DNA of 64,000 nucleotides from Pseudomonadota bacterium (GTDB lineage Bacteria; Pseudomonadota; Alphaproteobacteria; Rickettsiales; UBA8987): NCBI GenBank assembly GCA_048498735.1, contig JBEHXK010000001.1, positions 16,332 to 80,331 of the forward strand, read 5' to 3'. Shown piece by piece: positions 47,461 to 57,274 of this stretch (position 1 is its first letter; each line of letters starts with the position of its first letter). The notes under the pieces were generated by a model. It saw only the letters and a program-made list of their open reading frames with translations, ran no database searches and was not told where the DNA came from. The position numbers and the translations under genes were made by a program.

Positions 47461-47958
47461 GTGGGTAAATGGACATTTAATTTAATAATTATCGGAACAA
47501 TTGCGTTTTTTATCTACCAGGCAGAATATGGAAGAACGTATAATACGCAGGTGGCAAATCCTATAAGTGCACAAAATGTGCAAGTGTCTTCTAATATTAA
47601 TAAATCAGCTAATGTTGTAGTTAGTTCTGTTGATACTTATGGCTTCGTTACCCTTGGAACTATAAGCGATCCAACTCCCGATCGTAATAAAGTAACGGTT
47701 ATCATTCCTCCAAACTGCCCAAGTGCACAGGCGCAAAGGGCAACAAGTCTTGCTAATGCTCTTAGAGGTCATTCTATTCCGGTTAATGTAATATCCAGTT
47801 TTTCATTAAAATATCCCATGGATCCAATTAGCGCGAAAAACTCTGAAATAGTTAATAAGCTGTTGGCGCAGCCTGGATTGCCCGTATTTATTTACAGTAA
47901 AGTTAAAATTAATCCTTCTCTGGATGATGTTATTTTCGAATATAAATACGGAAAATAA
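47461..47958 (+). CDS. membrane-anchored hypothetical protein with glutaredoxin-like pattern (monothiol CPSA)
   Basis: N-terminal TM; VTVIIPPNCPSAQAQRATSLANALRGHSIPVNVI and LPVFIYSKVKI resemble the Grx beta1-CxxC-alpha1-beta2 and VPxIFI segments; GTG start. Confidence 0.4.
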   Translation: MGKWTFNLIIIGTIAFFIYQAEYGRTYNTQVANPISAQNVQVSSNINKSANVVVSSVDTYGFVTLGTISDPTPDRNKVTVIIPPNCPSAQAQRATSLANALRGHSIPVNVISSFSLKYPMDPISAKNSEIVNKLLAQPGLPVFIYSKVKINPSLDDVIFEYKYGK

Positions 47959-47959
47959 T

Positions 47960-48850
47960 TTATTTGCCGACGAGTTTCATGCAGCTTGCAGGCAGTTTTG
48001 GTTTAGGTTTTCGTAATTCGGCAATATGCGTTTTCAGCCATTCTATCATTTCTTCAGGCGTTGGCTTTCTGAACCACCATGCTAGCGTTTCGTCGCAACC
48101 ATCTGTTTCTTTTATGGGCTCATAACCTTCAGGTGTTTTGCAGGTGGAATCTCCTTCAGGGCATAAAAGCCTTACATGGAAATGATCATCATGTCCATTC
48201 CATGGTCGAATGCGGCTAAGCCATTTTTCTCCGCGATCAGAACGACATAATTCTTGTTTTATTGCGGGGTTCACAAATATGCGATCAACATTCGGTTCAT
48301 TGGCTGCGAGTTTTAATAAATTGCGCTGATATCTTCCCCAATTCTCATTTACAATTTTGTGCTTGGCATCAACAACATTAACAGCAGAAATCTTATCGCG
48401 CTCAAGCTTTGAAAGGTTTCGGCTTTTAGCTGCCTCTGGCGCTTCATACCAAAGGTCTACATCAAGGCCAATCTGGTGGGATTTATGCCCGAAAGTAAAT
48501 GGGCCTCCTTTAGGCAGGCTCATATCGCCAACCATCAGAACATTATCAAGCTTATCTTTCACATCTTTGCTTAGGTTTGTAATGTAATCAATCAACTCAG
48601 GCTGGCCAAAAAAACGATCGCGACTCGGCCGCATGATTTGATATCCATATCCACTTAATGGCAGTGCAGTTGCCCCAATCATGCATCCATTTGAATATGT
48701 TCCTATGCTTTCAGGCTCACCCGCTGCAGGCTTATCCTGCGCTTCCCAGATATTGTGAATTGGAATTTTTGTATGTTTGGCTTGTACATCGTGCTCAAAT
48801 ATTAAAAGCATGAATAAAATAACTAATGAGCGTTTTAAATAAAGACTCAT
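47960..48850 (-). CDS. mepA: penicillin-insensitive murein endopeptidase (peptidase M74)
   Basis: Signal peptide; HKSHQIGLDVDLW, HDDHFHVRL. Confidence 0.88.
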   Translation of the reverse strand: MSLYLKRSLVILFMLLIFEHDVQAKHTKIPIHNIWEAQDKPAAGEPESIGTYSNGCMIGATALPLSGYGYQIMRPSRDRFFGQPELIDYITNLSKDVKDKLDNVLMVGDMSLPKGGPFTFGHKSHQIGLDVDLWYEAPEAAKSRNLSKLERDKISAVNVVDAKHKIVNENWGRYQRNLLKLAANEPNVDRIFVNPAIKQELCRSDRGEKWLSRIRPWNGHDDHFHVRLLCPEGDSTCKTPEGYEPIKETDGCDETLAWWFRKPTPEEMIEWLKTHIAELRKPKPKLPASCMKLVGK

Positions 48851-49476
48851 TGAAGATGTCTAAATTTTTTTGAATGTTCGTAACTGAGATGTAGTCCTTT
48901 CAAAATCCCCATTGAATCCTCAATTGTAGAATTTATTTCACCGTATCTGGCATTCATGCTTAATGAAAAATCACGCTTTTTGTTAATTCCAGAAGATTTT
49001 GTATTTTGATATAATTCATTAAATTTGCCGCGACTTTGCTTGTCCAGCTCAGAAAACGAATGAAGCGCCGATTCAATTGAATTGTGCAAATCTATTCTGA
49101 TCTTAGAAAAAGCTTCCATTAAACTATATATCCCATCAGCAGTTGTTGGAAAGTCATGCTCAGAAAAATCTAACTTTATTTTTTTTCCTTCAATTTTTCC
49201 TATTTGCTCCAATTTTTTTATAAAATCTTCTGGAAGGCCTAATGAACCAGTTTTTTCTAATACCAATGAAACTTTATTACCAATACTCTGCAGGCGCCCA
49301 TTAATTAATTCCTTATTCTGCACTAAGGAATCAATATCAGCTTTTCTTTTGGACTCTTCTACAGCAATTTCTCTTAATTTTTCTGCTATTTCTTTTTTAG
49401 TTGCTTTGTCTACAGTGTTTTTACTTTTATTAAGTAACGGAATCGCTAGTATGAAACTTACTAAACTATTGGCCAT
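48847..49476 (-). CDS. hypothetical coiled-coil protein
   Basis: 209-aa ORF starting 2 nt after the purA stop and overlapping mepA by ATGA. Confidence 0.5.
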   Translation of the reverse strand: MANSLVSFILAIPLLNKSKNTVDKATKKEIAEKLREIAVEESKRKADIDSLVQNKELINGRLQSIGNKVSLVLEKTGSLGLPEDFIKKLEQIGKIEGKKIKLDFSEHDFPTTADGIYSLMEAFSKIRIDLHNSIESALHSFSELDKQSRGKFNELYQNTKSSGINKKRDFSLSMNARYGEINSTIEDSMGILKGLHLSYEHSKKFRHLQ

Positions 49477-49478
49477 AA

Positions 49479-50765
49479 TCAGAATGGATTTTTGATTAAT
49501 ATTGTATCTTCGCGTTCAGGACTGGTGGAAATACTTTCGATCGGAACCCCCACTAATTCCTCAAGCTTCTTCACATATTTAAGCGCATTAGCAGGTAGTT
49601 TGTCAAGCTTTCTTGCGCCGGCTGTTGTTTCACCTTTCCACCCAGGCACTTCTATGAATTTTGGTTTTGCTGCAGCTTGAAGCGTAGGACAGGAAGGCAG
49701 ATAGTCATATTCTTTGCCGTTTATATCATATGATGTGCAGATTTTAATGGTTTCGAAATCATCAAGCACATCAAGCTTTGTAAGTACAATTGCATTTATT
49801 CCGCCAACCAGACATGCCTGGCGAACCTGAACTGCATCGAACCAGCCGCAACGGCGCTTTCTGCCTGTTACTGTGCCAAATTCATGGCCACGCTGGCCAA
49901 GTTTTTCACCAATATCATTGCTTTGTTCTGCAGGGAAAGGGCCGCTGCCAACGCGTGTGGTATAGGCTTTGGTGATACCAAGAGTTTTCATTGGTCTCGC
50001 GCCAAGGCCGCTGCCGGTAAAGGCCGAAGATGCAACCGTGTTTGATGATGTTACAAAAGGATAAGTTCCGTGATCAACATCAAGCATTATTCCTTGCGCG
50101 CCTTCGAATAGTATTTTCTTTCCGGCTTTTGCATATTCATGCAGAAGCTTCCATGCCGGTTTCACAAAAGGAGTTATTCTATCTTTTATGGAATTGATCT
50201 GCTCCAGAACTTCATCAAAATTAACAAGCTCAACACCCAAACCTTTTCTGAAAACATTGTGATATTCAACCAGGTTTTTTAATTTATCTTTCAGGCAATC
50301 TTCATTTTCCAGGTCGCACACGCGAATAGCGCGACGGGCGATTTTATCCTCGTATGCAGGGCCAATTCCACGACCTGTTGTGCCAATCTTGCTGTTGCCC
50401 TTCATCGCTTCACTGTTTAAATCAGCCTGTTTGTGAACAGGTAAAATCAGCGTTGCATTTTCTGCTATTATAAGATTTTCAGTAGTGATTTTTATTCCTT
50501 CCTTCTCAATGCGAGCCATTTCATCAAACAATGCAAATGGGTCTATCACTACGCCATTGCCGATAACAGAAATTTTTCCTTCGCGTACTATACCAGATGG
50601 AAGTAAAGATAATTTATAAACCTTGCCATCAATGACAAGAGTATGGCCAGCATTATGCCCGCCTTGGAAGCGCACAATTACATCTGCATGTAATGATAGC
50701 CAATCAACAATTTTTCCTTTTCCTTCATCACCCCACTGGGCGCCGATCACCGCAACGATGGACAT
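49479..50765 (-). CDS. purA: adenylosuccinate synthetase
   Basis: [29 protein letters not shown]; ATG 50765. Confidence 0.97.
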   Translation of the reverse strand: MSIVAVIGAQWGDEGKGKIVDWLSLHADVIVRFQGGHNAGHTLVIDGKVYKLSLLPSGIVREGKISVIGNGVVIDPFALFDEMARIEKEGIKITTENLIIAENATLILPVHKQADLNSEAMKGNSKIGTTGRGIGPAYEDKIARRAIRVCDLENEDCLKDKLKNLVEYHNVFRKGLGVELVNFDEVLEQINSIKDRITPFVKPAWKLLHEYAKAGKKILFEGAQGIMLDVDHGTYPFVTSSNTVASSAFTGSGLGARPMKTLGITKAYTTRVGSGPFPAEQSNDIGEKLGQRGHEFGTVTGRKRRCGWFDAVQVRQACLVGGINAIVLTKLDVLDDFETIKICTSYDINGKEYDYLPSCPTLQAAAKPKFIEVPGWKGETTAGARKLDKLPANALKYVKKLEELVGVPIESISTSPEREDTILIKNPF

Positions 50766-50985
50766 CAACAACTCACCTAAAAATTAAAAATTCTAATAGA
50801 AAGATATGAAATTATTTTGCAAGAAATTCAGATAATCTTTCGTCTAAGTTATAAACTTTTGTTGTGTGATTTCAACATCAAAAATTTTTTCTGTGAAACA
50901 TTGTTGACTAGTTTCATAAATTGCTGTTTATACCATATCTAGTGTTTATAATATTAATTCAAACTAGATATTGTAGGGTGTGATA

Positions 50986-52062
50986 ATGGCGGAAATCAGG
51001 CAAAAACAAACAAAAAAACCAGTGTCTTTCAAAAAACCTTCTTCAGGGGCAGCAAAAAAATCTGTTCAGACAAATGAATATAAATTAGCAAAAAAAACTG
51101 GTTCGGTACCGCAATTAAAAAATCTTGAAGATGAAATAAAACTTCTGACATCTTATTCGTCTGATACAATTTATCGTCTGGATTACCGCTCGATGAAGTA
51201 TGACTATATTTCTCCTGCTGTAAGCCGCCTGCTTGGATTTACCCCTCAGGAAATGAAGCGCATAAATTTCCGTTCTTTAATTGTAGAAACCAGGTTGATG
51301 ACAGATGGGTTGAAAAAAATTTCATCATTTGATGAACTTGAAGAAAAACGTATCGATGGCGATGTGGGTAAATGGAATGCTGATTATCTTATCCGTACAA
51401 AATCTGGTGATAAGATCTGGGTTTCTGATATTTCTTATCCTTGGTTCGATGAAAAGGGTAGGGTTATAGGTTCGGTAGGCTCTCTTCGTGATATAACCGA
51501 GCGGGTTAAAATTGAGCAGAAGCTTTTCTCGGATCTGCAATCATTTTCAGCCCAGGATGCGTTAACCAGTCTTCCAGGCAAGGCGAACCTTTTTGCTGCA
51601 TTAGATAAAGAGGTGCGTCGCATAAAACGCACTCAAGAACAACTTTCTATGGTTTTGCTTGATATTGATAATCTTGATAAACTGAATAAGCGTATATCTT
51701 TTGATGTGGCAGATCGCTTGATAATTGAAGTTTCCAAAATAATTAAAAACACACTTCGTGAAACTGATGTAGTTGCACGCATAGATGGTGGTACCTTTGC
51801 AGTTCTACTCCCGGATACTAATGTAAAAGGTGCATATTTTGTTGCAGATAGGATTCGCTCAGAAGTTAATCAGCGCGAATTTTCTTTCGGTGGTGATCTG
51901 CATTCTATAGCCTGCAGTCTTTCTGCTGGTATAGCGACAACAGATCCTCGCGACAATCTTGCGCCGGCAGATATATATAAGCTTGCTGATACAAGACTAT
52001 ATATTGCTAAAAATACAGGTCGTAATCAGGTTTCTATCGATGAGATAGCGGCAATACACTAA
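50986..52062 (+). CDS. PAS-GGDEF domain protein with degenerate active site (DGGTF) and retained RxxD I-site
   Basis: K-rich N-terminus, PAS (IYRLDYRSMKYDYISPAVSRLLGFTPQEM), GGDEF fold (LLDIDNLDKLN ... RETDVVARIDGGTFAVLLPDT ... SAGIAT). Confidence 0.85.
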   Translation: MAEIRQKQTKKPVSFKKPSSGAAKKSVQTNEYKLAKKTGSVPQLKNLEDEIKLLTSYSSDTIYRLDYRSMKYDYISPAVSRLLGFTPQEMKRINFRSLIVETRLMTDGLKKISSFDELEEKRIDGDVGKWNADYLIRTKSGDKIWVSDISYPWFDEKGRVIGSVGSLRDITERVKIEQKLFSDLQSFSAQDALTSLPGKANLFAALDKEVRRIKRTQEQLSMVLLDIDNLDKLNKRISFDVADRLIIEVSKIIKNTLRETDVVARIDGGTFAVLLPDTNVKGAYFVADRIRSEVNQREFSFGGDLHSIACSLSAGIATTDPRDNLAPADIYKLADTRLYIAKNTGRNQVSIDEIAAIH

Positions 52063-52104
52063 TTCGCTTTCCATTTGTAAAAATTTGTGTAACAACAAGT
52101 TTCA

Positions 52105-52899
52105 ATGAGAAAATTATCCTTACATCACCCTATCAGAAGCCTTGGTGTAGTTGCCTTGTCAATGCTTGCCAGCCTTGGCAGAATGAGCATATTCACAGGT
52201 AATTCAATTTATGCCATGTTCACGCCGCGTTTTCATAAGCGTAAAATCAGAAGGCAGTTTTTGGAAGTTGGTTTTTATTCACTTCCGGTTGTGGGCTTAA
52301 CGGCAATATTTACAGGTGCTGTGCTTGCTCTTCAAAGCTATAGCGGATTTTCCAGGTTTAATGCTGAAAGCTCCATCGCAACTGTTGTGGTGCTTTCAAT
52401 CACTCGTGAGCTTGGGCCAGTGCTTGCAGGGCTTATGGTGGCAGGCAGGGTAGGTGCTGCAATGGCTGCTGAAATAGGTACCATGAAAGTTACTGAGCAG
52501 ATAGATGCACTTGTCACATTATCAACTAATCCATTTCGTTATTTGGTTGCTCCACGACTGTGGGCGGGTTTGATAACATTGCCATTGCTTGTGCTTATTG
52601 CTGATATAATCGGTGTTATGGGCGGCTATATGGTTTCAATCCATAAACTTGGTTTTAATCCTTCTTCATATTTAAAAAGCACTTTTGATTTTCTTGAGTT
52701 CAGAGATGTCTATTCGGGCTTAGTTAAAGCCAGTGTTTTTGGCTTCATAATCACTTTGATGGGCTGCTATCATGGCTATAGCTCAAATCGCGGCGCTCAA
52801 GGTGTGGGTCGTGCTACAACTGCTGCCGTAGTTTCTGCGTCAGTGATGATACTTCTATCTAACTATATTATTACTGAGCTCTTCTTTTCGACCAGATAA
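52105..52899 (+). CDS. mlaE: MlaE-family ABC transporter permease (no STAS domain)
   Basis: ITRELGPVLAGLMVAGRVGAAMAAEIGTMKVTEQIDAL. Confidence 0.9.
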   Translation: MRKLSLHHPIRSLGVVALSMLASLGRMSIFTGNSIYAMFTPRFHKRKIRRQFLEVGFYSLPVVGLTAIFTGAVLALQSYSGFSRFNAESSIATVVVLSITRELGPVLAGLMVAGRVGAAMAAEIGTMKVTEQIDALVTLSTNPFRYLVAPRLWAGLITLPLLVLIADIIGVMGGYMVSIHKLGFNPSSYLKSTFDFLEFRDVYSGLVKASVFGFIITLMGCYHGYSSNRGAQGVGRATTAAVVSASVMILLSNYIITELFFSTR

Positions 52900-52902
52900 A
52901 TT

Positions 52903-54453
52903 ATGCTCGTAAAATTCTTTTTCACAGTTTCTTTTTATACCGGTCTATCTCGGATATCGGGTTTTATTCGTGATATATTCATTGCCAGATATATAGGCGC
53001 TGGGCCTATGTCAGATGCTTTTTTTATTGCATTACGCGTACCTAATTTCTTCCGTCGCTTCTTTGCAGAAGGTGCATTGAATTCAGCTTTCATTCCATTG
53101 TTTTCGCGTAAGCATGAAGCAGAAGGCAAAGAATCCGCAAAAAAATTTGCGGAGCAAATATTCATTTTCCTCTCCGTGGCTTTGATAATATTTTCCTGCA
53201 TATTTATGATGTTCATGCCATATCTGATATATCTGATAGCTCCGGGTCTTATTGATCAGCCTAATATAAGGGAGCTCACAATTGAACTTACGCGCATAAC
53301 ATTCCCATATCTGATGTTCATATCCATTGCGACGATCTTTGCCGCAATGATGAATTCTATTTCAAAATTCTCTGCAGTGGCTTTCATGCCTGTTCTATTC
53401 AATGTCGCTATTATTACGGCATTGATTGTATTTGGCCATTTCTTTGTTGATTATGTGCATGCAATGGCATGGGGCGTTTTTGCGGCTGGTATATTGCAGA
53501 TTCTATGGATGTTATTTTTTCTTAAGAAAAATGGTTATCTAATTCGCCCGCGTTTGAGTTATCTAAAACTAAGCCCAGATGTTAGGGAATTCTTAAAAAA
53601 AGTTACTCCTGCCGCGATTGGAGGTGGTGTTGTGCAGATCAATCTGTGGGTTGATCTGATGATAGCATCATTCTTCTCTGGCGCAGTGAGCTACCTGTAT
53701 TACGCTGATCGCGTTGCCCAACTTCCACTTTCACTTATAGCTACTGCAATGGGAACTGCACTTTTGCCTATGCTTTCACGTAAACTTGGCGCTGGAGATA
53801 TTGAAGAGGCTAATAAGATCCACGAAACCGGGCTTGAGATTGTTCTGCTGCTTACAGTTCCTGCCGCAATTGCCCTTATGGTTCTGCATTATGAAATAAT
53901 GTCAGTTCTGTTCGAGCATGGTGAATTCACTCATCAAGCTGCACAGGCTTCTGCATATGCAATGGCTGCTTTTGCTTGTGGCTTGCCGGCTTTTGCTTTG
54001 ATCAAAATATTTTCTTCATGTTTCTTTGCGCTGAAAGATACTAAAACACCGGTGGTTTCCGCAACAATCGCAATGCTTATAAATATAGTGCTTAATGTGA
54101 TTTTTGTTTTCACTCTGCGCGCTCTTGGAATAATGCCGCATATAGGTATTGCGCTTGCAACAGCTCTTTCAGGCTGGATCAACGCTTCATATCTTGGCAT
54201 AAAACTATTTAAAACCACTCACTTTACTTTAAGCAGGCAGTTTAAAGTAAGGATAAGCAAGATAATCCTTTCTGCGGCAACTATGGCGGCAATATTGATA
54301 GCTATGATATTAACTATGCCAGTGAACATAATAACTTTGGCAATCCACATAGCCGTTGGCGGCGGCACTTACTTATTTATGATTCTAGTTCTAAAAACCT
54401 TTCCGATAAATGAACTCAAAAAATATCTCTCCAGAAAAAATAGAGCTGCGTAA
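52903..54453 (+). CDS. murJ: lipid II flippase MurJ
   Basis: LSRISGFIRDIFIARYIGAGPMSDAFFIALRVPNFFRRFFAEGALNSAFIP, 14 TM. Confidence 0.95.
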   Translation: MLVKFFFTVSFYTGLSRISGFIRDIFIARYIGAGPMSDAFFIALRVPNFFRRFFAEGALNSAFIPLFSRKHEAEGKESAKKFAEQIFIFLSVALIIFSCIFMMFMPYLIYLIAPGLIDQPNIRELTIELTRITFPYLMFISIATIFAAMMNSISKFSAVAFMPVLFNVAIITALIVFGHFFVDYVHAMAWGVFAAGILQILWMLFFLKKNGYLIRPRLSYLKLSPDVREFLKKVTPAAIGGGVVQINLWVDLMIASFFSGAVSYLYYADRVAQLPLSLIATAMGTALLPMLSRKLGAGDIEEANKIHETGLEIVLLLTVPAAIALMVLHYEIMSVLFEHGEFTHQAAQASAYAMAAFACGLPAFALIKIFSSCFFALKDTKTPVVSATIAMLINIVLNVIFVFTLRALGIMPHIGIALATALSGWINASYLGIKLFKTTHFTLSRQFKVRISKIILSAATMAAILIAMILTMPVNIITLAIHIAVGGGTYLFMILVLKTFPINELKKYLSRKNRAA

Positions 54454-55114
54454 GAAATTTCCTCCCACTTATGGCAGAAGGAAGTCGCGCTCATTAAGTA
54501 AAAATCAGCAATTGCTGATGAATGATCTCTTTCCTAAAATTTCTGTTTCCCCAGAGAATATCAATGAATTCGTTAAAGAGGCTAAAGGGAAAAAAATATT
54601 CCTTGAGATTGGTTTTGGTGGTGGTGAGCACTTAATCAACCAGGCCAAATCTAATGCGGATTCAATATTTATAGGAAGCGAAATATATCTGAATAGTCTT
54701 GTGGTTTGCCTGCAGCAAATAAAGTCTGAAAACATCTCGAATATAAAATTATATAATAACGATGCTCGCTACCTGCTTGATAAGCTTCCATCCGATTTTC
54801 TAGACGGTGTATATATATTGTTCCCTGATCCATGGCCGAAAGAGCGCCAATTCAAGCGTCGCATAGTTAACCCGGCAACTTTAGATATGTTACACCGCTC
54901 TTTAAAACCAGGTGCATTTATAAATATGGCAACGGATATAGAAAGCTATTCATCCTTTATGATCAAGGTTATGAATGATGATAAAAGATATAAGGCTTCA
55001 AAGGTTGAATCGGAGTACGGTAAGCCTCACACAAATTACATAATAACAAAATATCATTCAAAAGCTAAGGAAGCGGGAAGGGAGGCAAAATTCCTTTCTT
55101 ATACTAAATTATAA
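54410..55114 (+). CDS. trmB: tRNA (guanine46-N7)-methyltransferase
   Basis: YGRRKSRSL, EIGFGGGEH, FPDPWPK; the only in-frame start upstream of the conserved YGRRK block overlaps murJ by 44 nt. Confidence 0.88.
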   Translation: MNSKNISPEKIELRKKFPPTYGRRKSRSLSKNQQLLMNDLFPKISVSPENINEFVKEAKGKKIFLEIGFGGGEHLINQAKSNADSIFIGSEIYLNSLVVCLQQIKSENISNIKLYNNDARYLLDKLPSDFLDGVYILFPDPWPKERQFKRRIVNPATLDMLHRSLKPGAFINMATDIESYSSFMIKVMNDDKRYKASKVESEYGKPHTNYIITKYHSKAKEAGREAKFLSYTKL

Positions 55115-55194
55115 TTTTACCGAAAACCTGTTGTTTTCATACAGGAAATTTATAAGATGCCTTATATTGATACTAGGCTAGGCATAAAAAGAGT

Positions 55195-55434
55195 ATGAAG
55201 AAGCTATTAATTATTTTGATATTATATGTGGCATTTCTTGCCACAAGTGCTGCTGCTAAGGATTACCGCGAGATCAGGCCTGCTAGTAACATAAAGCCAT
55301 ATTATAACACAAACTATAGCGCAAATAATTATTATCAGACCCGTTATGACAGGGGGCCTATGTTCGGCCGCAAAGACAGTTATAAATACTGGAAAAAGAA
55401 AATGGACTATGTTGAAGTGACGCCTGGTTCGTAA
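55195..55434 (+). CDS. small secreted Tyr/Lys-rich protein, hypothetical
   Basis: Signal peptide MKKLLIILILYVAFLATSAAA. Confidence 0.5.
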   Translation: MKKLLIILILYVAFLATSAAAKDYREIRPASNIKPYYNTNYSANNYYQTRYDRGPMFGRKDSYKYWKKKMDYVEVTPGS

Positions 55435-55497
55435 CAGGATTTTTATTGCATTATTTTTTCAACCATTTAAATCAAATACGAACAGAAAAATAATTGC

Positions 55498-56778
55498 ATG
55501 AGACTATCAAAATATTTCCTTCCACTTTTAAAAGAAGATCCGCGTGAAGCGCAGATCGTTTCTCATCGTTTGATGCTTCGCGCAGGCATGATCCGTCAGC
55601 TTGCAAGTGGTATATATAACTGGCTTCCGTTAGGGTTGAACGTTTTAGGTAAAGTAGAAAAGATAGTGCGTGAAGAAATGGATCGCGCGGGTGCGCTTGA
55701 AATCCTTATGCCAACTATGCAGCCGGCTGAATTATGGGTTGAATCGGGTAGGGGTGATTATGGTAAGGAAACACTTTTTGCAATTGATCGCCATGAGCGT
55801 AAGCTGATTTATGGTCCGACGAACGAAGAAGTGGTTACAGATCTTTTCCGCCAGAATGTGCGCTCATATAAAGATCTTCCGCTTAATCTTTATCATATAC
55901 AATGGAAATTTCGCGATGAGATTCGTCCTCGCTTTGGTGTAATGCGTGGCCGTGAGTTCATGATGAAAGATGCTTATTCCTTCGATATTGATGAAGAGTC
56001 GGCGCTGAAATCATATAATAATATGTTCGCAGCCTATATACGTATATTCAAGCGTATGGGGCTGAAAGCCATTCCATTCCGTGCGGATACCGGCCAGATC
56101 GGCGGTGATCTCTCTCACGAGTTCCAGGTGATAGCAGAGACAGGTGAAAGCCAGATATATTATGATTCTGAGTATGAAAAGCATTTTGAATCTGATGAAG
56201 TTGACATTGAGGCTGTGAAAAAACTTTACGCGCGTGCTGATGAAATGCATGATACAGCTAACTGTCCACTTCCTGCAGATAGATTGAAAACTGCGCGTGG
56301 TATCGAAGTTGGGCACGTATTCTATCTTGGTGAAAAATATTCTAGCTCTTTGAAAGCGGAGGTTCAGGATAGTTCGGGTAAAAACACTACTGTAAAAATG
56401 GGGTGCTATGGCATTGGTGTTTCGCGTCTGATAGGTGCAATTATTGAAGCTAACCATGATGAAAAAGGTATAATCTGGCCAGATGCAGTTGCGCCATTTA
56501 AGCTATGCTTAATAAACCTTAAAGTTGGTGATGCAGAAACCGATAAAAAATGTGAAGAATTGTATCAAAAATTTATCTCTATGGGTATAGAAGTTCTTTA
56601 TGACGACAGGAATGAATCTGTAGGTGCAAAATTTGCGGCTTTTGAACTCATAGGTTTGCCACGTGCAATAGCAGTTGGTCCTCGTGGTTTGAAAGAAGGT
56701 AAAGTTGAATTCATCGATAGAAGGTCAGGAAAAAAAGAAAACTTAACTATTGAAGAAGTTTTAAATGCTATTAAATAA
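55498..56778 (+). CDS. proS: proline--tRNA ligase (short form without INS editing domain)
   Basis: Class II motifs [25 protein letters not shown] and [10 protein letters not shown]. Confidence 0.96.
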   Translation: MRLSKYFLPLLKEDPREAQIVSHRLMLRAGMIRQLASGIYNWLPLGLNVLGKVEKIVREEMDRAGALEILMPTMQPAELWVESGRGDYGKETLFAIDRHERKLIYGPTNEEVVTDLFRQNVRSYKDLPLNLYHIQWKFRDEIRPRFGVMRGREFMMKDAYSFDIDEESALKSYNNMFAAYIRIFKRMGLKAIPFRADTGQIGGDLSHEFQVIAETGESQIYYDSEYEKHFESDEVDIEAVKKLYARADEMHDTANCPLPADRLKTARGIEVGHVFYLGEKYSSSLKAEVQDSSGKNTTVKMGCYGIGVSRLIGAIIEANHDEKGIIWPDAVAPFKLCLINLKVGDAETDKKCEELYQKFISMGIEVLYDDRNESVGAKFAAFELIGLPRAIAVGPRGLKEGKVEFIDRRSGKKENLTIEEVLNAIK

Positions 56779-56811
56779 GTAATAGAAAATATTAATAAAT
56801 TATAGGTATTT

Positions 56812-57249
56812 ATGAGCGATAAAGTTGTAAAAGCACTTACGGATGTTCTGGCGAATAGCTATACATTAATGCTAAAAACCCAGAACTATCACTGGAACGT
56901 TAAGGGTAAAGATTTCTATGAGCTTCACCTGCTTTTTGAAACTCATTATAATGATCTATTCACCGCAATTGATGAAGTTGCAGAGCGTATCAGAACACTT
57001 GGCGGTTACACCATAGGTAGTTTTAAAGAATACACTGCTCTTTCAAAAATACAGGAAGAAAAAAATCATGAGACAAATGGCGTGAAGATTCTTAAAAATC
57101 TTTCCAAAGATCACGCAACTATAGTTTCAGTTATTAAGAATTCACTGGCGATTGCCCAAAAAGCTGGAGATGAGCCAACGGCTGATATATTTATCGGTCG
57201 TCTCAAATTCCATGAAAAAGCTAAGTGGATGCTTGATAGCAGCCTATAA
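56812..57249 (+). CDS. dps: Dps family DNA-protection/ferritin-like protein
   Basis: LANSYTLMLKTQNYHWNVKGKDFYELHLLFE, DEVAERIRTLGG. Confidence 0.92.
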   Translation: MSDKVVKALTDVLANSYTLMLKTQNYHWNVKGKDFYELHLLFETHYNDLFTAIDEVAERIRTLGGYTIGSFKEYTALSKIQEEKNHETNGVKILKNLSKDHATIVSVIKNSLAIAQKAGDEPTADIFIGRLKFHEKAKWMLDSSL

Positions 57250-57274
57250 TACCAACCAATTAAGGAGAACAAAA

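Noticed and set aside
54410-54453. 44-nt murJ/trmB overlap as a sign of a frameshift or mis-called start
   Set aside because: Both reading frames are intact. The conserved TrmB N-terminal block YGRRKSRSL lies downstream of the only available start, so the overlap is accepted as real.
57152-57274. Upstream extension of the Thr/Ala/Pro-rich ORF overlapping dps
   Set aside because: It overlaps the dps 3' end in another frame. ATG 57275 has a good AAGGAG RBS.
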